The notes under the pieces are model-generated. The model ran no database searches. It saw only the letters and a list, made by a program, of their open reading frames with translations, and was not told the DNA's origin. Position numbers and translations under genes: made by a program. DNA of 64,000 nt from Candidatus Micrarchaeota archaeon (lineage in GTDB: Archaea > Micrarchaeota > Micrarchaeia > Anstonellales > Bilamarchaeaceae): assembly GCA_016926175.1 (NCBI GenBank), contig JAFGPA010000031.1, positions 7,075 through 71,074 of the forward strand. The letters are read 5' to 3'. This document shows positions 58,854 to 64,000 of the stretch, piece after piece; positions within the stretch are counted from its first letter, which is position 1; each line of letters opens with the position of its first letter.

Positions 58854-59540
58854 ATGATAAAAGCGATTCTCTTTGATCTTGACAATACCCTGATTGATTT
58901 TCTTACTTTCAAGAAAATTACTGCACAGGCTGCCGCAAAAGCAATGGTAAAGAATGGACTGCCTGCAACAGAAATCCAGATTTATGGAAAAATCTTTTCG
59001 GTCTATGATGAAAAAGGCATTGAATACCAGAAAACATTCCATGATGTTATAAGGCCTTTCGATCTTGAAATAAACACTGCAGAAAAAATACAACAGGCTG
59101 CGATACTTGCCTACCTGGAAAAAAAATTCCAGGTATTGAGGCCCTATCCTTCTGTAAAAAGGATTCTTGCCGGATTAAGAAAAAATCACAACCTGGGAAT
59201 TGTAACCGATGCCCCGAGAAACAAGGCATGGCAGAGGCTTGTTCTGACAGGGCTGGAAAATGAATTTGAAATGGTAATAACGCATGATGACACCCTGGAG
59301 ATGAAACCTCACCCAAGCCCATTCTATCTTGCGCTGCAGAAGCTGAATCTGCTTGCACCGGCATGTTTGTTTGTAGGTGATAATCCTGAAAGAGACATAA
59401 AAGGCGCAAAGGATACAGGAATGCATACCTGCTGGGCAAAATACGGCTCTATGAAAAAAGAATCTGCCGCTGATTTTGAAATAAATAATTTTGAAGAGCT
59501 TCCGCAAAAACTCAATGATATAAATATAAGAGAAGAATAG
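58854..59540 (+). CDS. HAD-superfamily hydrolase
   Basis: FDLDNTL, VTDA, KPHP, VGDNPERDI. Confidence 0.94.
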   Translation: MIKAILFDLDNTLIDFLTFKKITAQAAAKAMVKNGLPATEIQIYGKIFSVYDEKGIEYQKTFHDVIRPFDLEINTAEKIQQAAILAYLEKKFQVLRPYPSVKRILAGLRKNHNLGIVTDAPRNKAWQRLVLTGLENEFEMVITHDDTLEMKPHPSPFYLALQKLNLLAPACLFVGDNPERDIKGAKDTGMHTCWAKYGSMKKESAADFEINNFEELPQKLNDINIREE

Positions 59541-59541
59541 A

Positions 59542-60855
59542 TTGTATATGATTCTAAAGCGCAAGTCAATGTATGGACTTGAAATAGAACTGATAACCCT
59601 TGACAGCGAAGGCAAACTGGCCAGTGGAGCTCCCGGGATTCTTGAGGCAGTAAAAGGAAAGCCCATTGAAAGCATAGTAAGGAAAGAAATATCAAAATCT
59701 CTCATAGAGCTGGGTGCAAAGGAAAAAAGATCTGTTGAGGAATGTGCAGCGGCATTCATTGAAAATATAGAAGAAACTGTTGAAATTGCAGAGAAACTCG
59801 GCTATCATCTCCTTCCGCTTGGAACCCATCCGGGAAGAAAATTGCCTGAACTGCACAGCACGGAATGGTACGATGCAAAGAAGGCTGTGCTTGGCGAAGA
59901 TACGTTTAAGGAAGGAAGAATCTGCGGATTTCATTTCCATTACATGCTGCCTGAAGGGATCATAGAAAAAACCACGGAACGCATAACACAGGTAAAAAGA
60001 TCTGCTGCAAAGGACATCTTTCTCCAGCAGTATAATTTCCTTGCAGCATGCGATCCTGCAATGATAACGTTTTGCCAGTCCACCCCATTCTGGATGGGAA
60101 GAAACTGGGCAAAGGACTGCAGGGTATTGACATACAGGGATCTGAAAGTCCAGAGCGGTGGGGACATACTCAGAGGCATTCATTATTATCTTCCAATGTT
60201 CGGCACTCTTGCCAGCTATGAATTCACGCTGGATGATATACGCGTACTTGCCGATTCAAGAAAAATGGAATGGCTGAGGCTTCTGGAACAGCGTGGTTTC
60301 CCGACAAATGAAATCGCCTGCTACCCTACTTTGAAATTTGTCTGGGGCCCGCTCAGGGTAAACAAAATAGGGACTTTTGAATACAGGGGACCTGACATGA
60401 CCCATCCTGAAATAATATTCTCAACATCAAGCCTGCTGGTCTTTCTTTTGAAAACAATAGAGGAGCAGCAGATATCTGTGGAACCCTCAGATCTCGGCAT
60501 AAGCGAACCGTTTCTTTTTGAGGATGGCATTGTCTATGTGCCCTCTCATGCGGAATTGAGAAATCTGGAAAGGCAGAGTGTTATCAACGGGCTTGATTCC
60601 TCTGCAGTTTACAACTATTGTTCAAGGCTGATAGAACTTGCAGACCGGCTCGGAAAACCGCCCAGACGCCTTAAGCGCATAAGAGACATGGTAGAAAGCA
60701 GAAAAACCATATCTGATGAAATGATAGATATGGTAAGAAAAAACGGCTATGATCTGAAAGACGTTCCTGAGGATATGATGAATCATCTTGCCCTTTACCA
60801 TGCAAACAAAATGTCCGCAGGTCTGAAGGATCTGAAAAAACAGTTTAAGCGCTGA
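59542..60855 (+). CDS. Glutamate-cysteine ligase family 2 (GCS2/YbdK-like)
   Basis: GLEIE, IEL, GTHP, CGFHFH, GTFEYR.PD. Confidence 0.8.
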   Translation: MYMILKRKSMYGLEIELITLDSEGKLASGAPGILEAVKGKPIESIVRKEISKSLIELGAKEKRSVEECAAAFIENIEETVEIAEKLGYHLLPLGTHPGRKLPELHSTEWYDAKKAVLGEDTFKEGRICGFHFHYMLPEGIIEKTTERITQVKRSAAKDIFLQQYNFLAACDPAMITFCQSTPFWMGRNWAKDCRVLTYRDLKVQSGGDILRGIHYYLPMFGTLASYEFTLDDIRVLADSRKMEWLRLLEQRGFPTNEIACYPTLKFVWGPLRVNKIGTFEYRGPDMTHPEIIFSTSSLLVFLLKTIEEQQISVEPSDLGISEPFLFEDGIVYVPSHAELRNLERQSVINGLDSSAVYNYCSRLIELADRLGKPPRRLKRIRDMVESRKTISDEMIDMVRKNGYDLKDVPEDMMNHLALYHANKMSAGLKDLKKQFKR

Positions 60856-60994
60856 CCTAAAACAATATGAAATGCATCTGATGAACGCTGTTTTTCATTT
60901 ATCTTTTTTATAGTATTTGGGAATATGCATTTGTAGAAACAGATTACAGGCATTCCGGGGATATTTAAAAAGATTATATGCATTAAGTTAGTTC

Positions 60995-61981
60995 ATGTTT
61001 GATTCTAATGTTGATTCAATACTCATCGGTGCAGGAGCATTAATTGCCTCATTTGTCATTTTGATTATAATCTGGTCAGCAATTATAAGGGCATTGTTTA
61101 CACTGCTTGGAAAATCAAAATTTTTCTTTATACCAAAAACACTCAAGGAATTATTTCTTTCAGTGGCATTCATTTTTCTCATTGCATCTTTCATGGTTGG
61201 AACGGGGTTTGTTGATAAAGCACTTCTTGACAATGCGTTCTTCAAAATACTCGACATACTCGCGATATTTGCAGTGGCAAATATAATTGTCAGGGTGGTT
61301 TTGACAGGCATAGACGTACACCACAAAAAATCAAGGGACAGGACAGGCATATACCGGTCAATCGGACTGCTGAAAGGCACTGCCGGACTTGTTCTTTATG
61401 GCATTGCCATTCTGATTTCAGTGCAGATACTAAGCGTAGAAGTCGGAACAGTTGTAACGATGCTTGCATTGTTCATAGTGGTCCTTTTATTTGTGGCAGG
61501 GTTTGACCAGATCAAAAGCATACTTGCAGGCTTTCAGCTCGGGGATTATTATGTGGATATAGGAAGCATGATAAGTATCGACGGCCACCGTGGATTTGTA
61601 GACGCCATACACGGAAGATCCACACTTCTGAAAACAATTGAAGGAAAATCAGTGGTAATCCCAAATTCAAGATTTTTCAGCACAAGCTTTGAGCTTGATA
61701 CGAATCAGATCAACATTGATGTCTGCATAAAAACAAGAAATCCAAAATCCACGAAAGAGGGCATATCATCAGTTGCATCAAAGACAGTCATATCCCTTGA
61801 TGATTTCCCGAAAGAGCATAAGCCGAAGGTTGTTCAGCTGGGCGTTGACAACAGCATCCATTTATTCAGGATAACTTTCATCGCAGTTCCAAATTCAAAC
61901 ATGCAGATGGCAGTGGACAGGCTCTGCGAGGAACTGAATGCAAAATTCGGAGAAAAAATAACATGCATCAGGCTCAACTGA
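60995..61981 (+). CDS. MscS mechanosensitive channel
   Basis: N-terminal TMs; G.MISIDGHRG.V..I..RST.L.T..G..V.IPNS. Confidence 0.88.
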   Translation: MFDSNVDSILIGAGALIASFVILIIIWSAIIRALFTLLGKSKFFFIPKTLKELFLSVAFIFLIASFMVGTGFVDKALLDNAFFKILDILAIFAVANIIVRVVLTGIDVHHKKSRDRTGIYRSIGLLKGTAGLVLYGIAILISVQILSVEVGTVVTMLALFIVVLLFVAGFDQIKSILAGFQLGDYYVDIGSMISIDGHRGFVDAIHGRSTLLKTIEGKSVVIPNSRFFSTSFELDTNQINIDVCIKTRNPKSTKEGISSVASKTVISLDDFPKEHKPKVVQLGVDNSIHLFRITFIAVPNSNMQMAVDRLCEELNAKFGEKITCIRLN

Positions 61982-62528
61982 TTTTTTCTGCTTCATAAAA
62001 ATAAAATTGCATTTTTTCCGGCTTTTTCCATTCATCATGGCCCAGCCCCGCCTTGGAGCAAAGGCGTGAGAGAAATTCATCCTTGCCAGGCAGCTGGTCC
62101 CAGACAGACGGCAGGAAAGTTGCCCTGTTCCAGCCCTTCTCTATTATAAGTCCGTGTTTTCCCGGAACCAGCTTTTCCAGAAGCTCTTCTTTTGATTTTA
62201 TCTGGATTTTTTCTGGAACTGTCAAAACGGATATTTCGATTTCCAGATCATCAATCTCATCCCGGATCACCGGATAAAACCGCGGGTCTTCAAAAGCTGC
62301 GTTCAGGGCATTCTGTATAACATCAAAAACAAGAGGCCTCACCGGTTCCAGTGATCCAATGCAGCCGCGAAGTTCCCCTCTTTTCATCAGGGTGACAAAG
62401 CATGCTCTTTTTTCTGTCATTTCCTTGTTTGGGACATCTTCGGGCAGAATCTCAAGCACTTCGTGCTTTTCCAGATAGTGAAGAATTGCCTTTCTGGCAA
62501 GATCCACCAAAAATTTCCCGTTTTTCAT
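61974..62528 (-). CDS. amrA: AmmeMemoRadiSam protein A (AMMECR1)
   Basis: CFVTL..G.LRGCIG, AFEDPRF, EISVLT, ATFLPSVW. Confidence 0.95.
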   Translation of the reverse strand: MKNGKFLVDLARKAILHYLEKHEVLEILPEDVPNKEMTEKRACFVTLMKRGELRGCIGSLEPVRPLVFDVIQNALNAAFEDPRFYPVIRDEIDDLEIEISVLTVPEKIQIKSKEELLEKLVPGKHGLIIEKGWNRATFLPSVWDQLPGKDEFLSRLCSKAGLGHDEWKKPEKMQFYFYEAEKIS

Positions 62529-63274
62529 TCAATCACTGCAAAAGCTGCATAACCGACAACTTCTGTTTTGGGCCCCGCAGTATCACCGGAATTGGCATAT
62601 TTGAGAAGTTTGATTTTCCAGCCTTTCTGCCTTGCAAGTTCCATTATCATCGCTATTCCCATTCTTCCGCACGCATCTCCGCCGGTAAGAAAATTTTCAG
62701 CATCAAGGGATTCTATAAGCGAAATTGTCTTTTTGTCCCTCTCCATTGCCTGCTCATAGGGATAGTAATGGCTCAGATCAGAACTCACAATGAAAAATGC
62801 GTTTATATCTATTGTTTTTGCTCCTTCCTTTGGACTCAGATCACCGGTAAGAATAGGATCGATTTTGAAGTTCTTCAGTACGATCTGAAGAAACGGAAGC
62901 TGCACTTCAAGTGAATGTTCAGGATCGTGCGCTTTTGGAAGCCTGTTTAATCCGATTGAAAATGTTTCCAGTTCACCAATCGGAGTCTGCCATTTCTGAT
63001 ATCCTGACTCTGCCAGCCCGTTAAATATGCCATAGTGGCTTGGGCCTATCAGAATTATTTTTCCGGCATTTTTTCCCTCAAGTAATTTGTAGGCATATGC
63101 TGCAACAGGGCCGGAATATACATAGCCGGCATGAGGCACAATCAATCCTCTTAATTTTCCCCCGATCTTCTTTGCATCGGCAGCTTCGAGAAAATCAGCT
63201 ATCATTTTCCTTAATTCTATTTCATTATCCGGATAGAAAGTTCCAGCTACAGAGGGCAGCCTCATCATTTCCAC
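62525..63274 (-). CDS. amrB: AmmeMemoRadiSam protein B (MEMO1)
   Basis: VAGTFYP, PHAGYVYSG, EHSLEVQLPFLQ, SSDLSHY. Confidence 0.96.
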   Translation of the reverse strand: MEMMRLPSVAGTFYPDNEIELRKMIADFLEAADAKKIGGKLRGLIVPHAGYVYSGPVAAYAYKLLEGKNAGKIILIGPSHYGIFNGLAESGYQKWQTPIGELETFSIGLNRLPKAHDPEHSLEVQLPFLQIVLKNFKIDPILTGDLSPKEGAKTIDINAFFIVSSDLSHYYPYEQAMERDKKTISLIESLDAENFLTGGDACGRMGIAMIMELARQKGWKIKLLKYANSGDTAGPKTEVVGYAAFAVIE

Positions 63275-63999
63275 ACACCTTTTATTTCAGTTTTGCAGTT
63301 TGGACATTTTCCGTCTTTCATTTTATTCTGCGACGCTGACATGCCATGCCTTTCTATCAGCAGCTCGCCGCAGGAATGGCAAACTGTTGATTCATATTGC
63401 GAGTATGCCATGCCAACATTCCCGACATAAACATATTTTATGCCGGCATCAAGGCCGGTTTGCCTTGCTTTCAGCAATGATTCCGGCAGGGTTTTCGGAG
63501 TGTCCATCATCCGGTAATCAGGATGGAAAGCCGTCACATGCCAGGGCATTTCAGGATCAACAGAAGCCAGCCACTCTGCTGCCTGTTTCAATTCCCGCAT
63601 ATCATCATTCCAGCCAGGAATCAGCAAAGTTGTCACCTCTGTCCATAACCCTTTCTTTTTTGCATATTCAATGGATTCTTTCACTTTTGTAAAATCAGGG
63701 ACCCTGCACAGTTTGGAATAGAATTTCTGGTTGTATGCTTTCAGGTCAATATTTACAGCATCTATGTATGGCCGTATGTAGTCCCAGCATTCCTTTGATT
63801 CGTAGCCATTTGTCACAAAAACTCCTTTGAGATTGTGCTTCCCTGCTTTTTTCATCACTTCAACAGCATATTCTGCGAAAATAGTGGGCTCGGTATAAGT
63901 GAATGAAATGGACCTGCATTTGTTGGCCAGTGCAGATTCAACAACCCTTTCAGCAGGCCAGTGCTGGCATTGCTGCACCAGCCTGTCAAAATAAGCCCT
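63265..63999 (-). CDS. amrS: AmmeMemoRadiSam radical SAM enzyme (5' end off the window)
   Basis: SFTYTEPT, VTNGY, NIDLK, EVTTLLIPG, PWHVTAFHP, YVYVGN. Confidence 0.93.
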   Translation of the reverse strand, partial: RAYFDRLVQQCQHWPAERVVESALANKCRSISFTYTEPTIFAEYAVEVMKKAGKHNLKGVFVTNGYESKECWDYIRPYIDAVNIDLKAYNQKFYSKLCRVPDFTKVKESIEYAKKKGLWTEVTTLLIPGWNDDMRELKQAAEWLASVDPEMPWHVTAFHPDYRMMDTPKTLPESLLKARQTGLDAGIKYVYVGNVGMAYSQYESTVCHSCGELLIERHGMSASQNKMKDGKCPNCKTEIKGVWK

Positions 64000-64000
64000 C

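Overview
Chromosomal fragment of an archaeon, most likely a DPANN lineage resembling Micrarchaeota. This is inferred from the divergent 16S rRNA unlinked from 23S, TATA-box promoters with leaderless starts, ABCE1, Dph5, archaeal GluRS, form III RuBisCO, FBP aldolase/phosphatase and an LLFGC-type surface protein. Housekeeping and metabolic genes include ilvE, gltX, nrdJ, fbp, dinB, uvsE, a DHS-family gene, gdh, rbcL, a suf cluster, asnA, a GCS2-family ligase and the AmmeMemoRadiSam trio. They are interleaved with many orphan genes. Highlights: (1) a 43-nt hairpin intron in 16S helix 18 with a canonical bulge-helix-bulge junction; (2) a putative secreted beta-barrel-like/transglutaminase fusion; (3) a five-member family of ~100-120 aa helical paralogs; (4) a recurrent basic, Pro/Ser/Thr-rich N-terminal leader on many orphans, possibly a targeting signal; (5) a ~235-bp intergenic site with five copies of a 17-mer around a GC hairpin where gene orientation converges; (6) a small ORF plus structured leader upstream of an HTH gene; (7) a DtxR-type palindrome between sufC and sufB. 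No CRISPR array, tRNA, transposase or reverse transcriptase was seen. All family assignments come from motif recognition by eye, not database searches.
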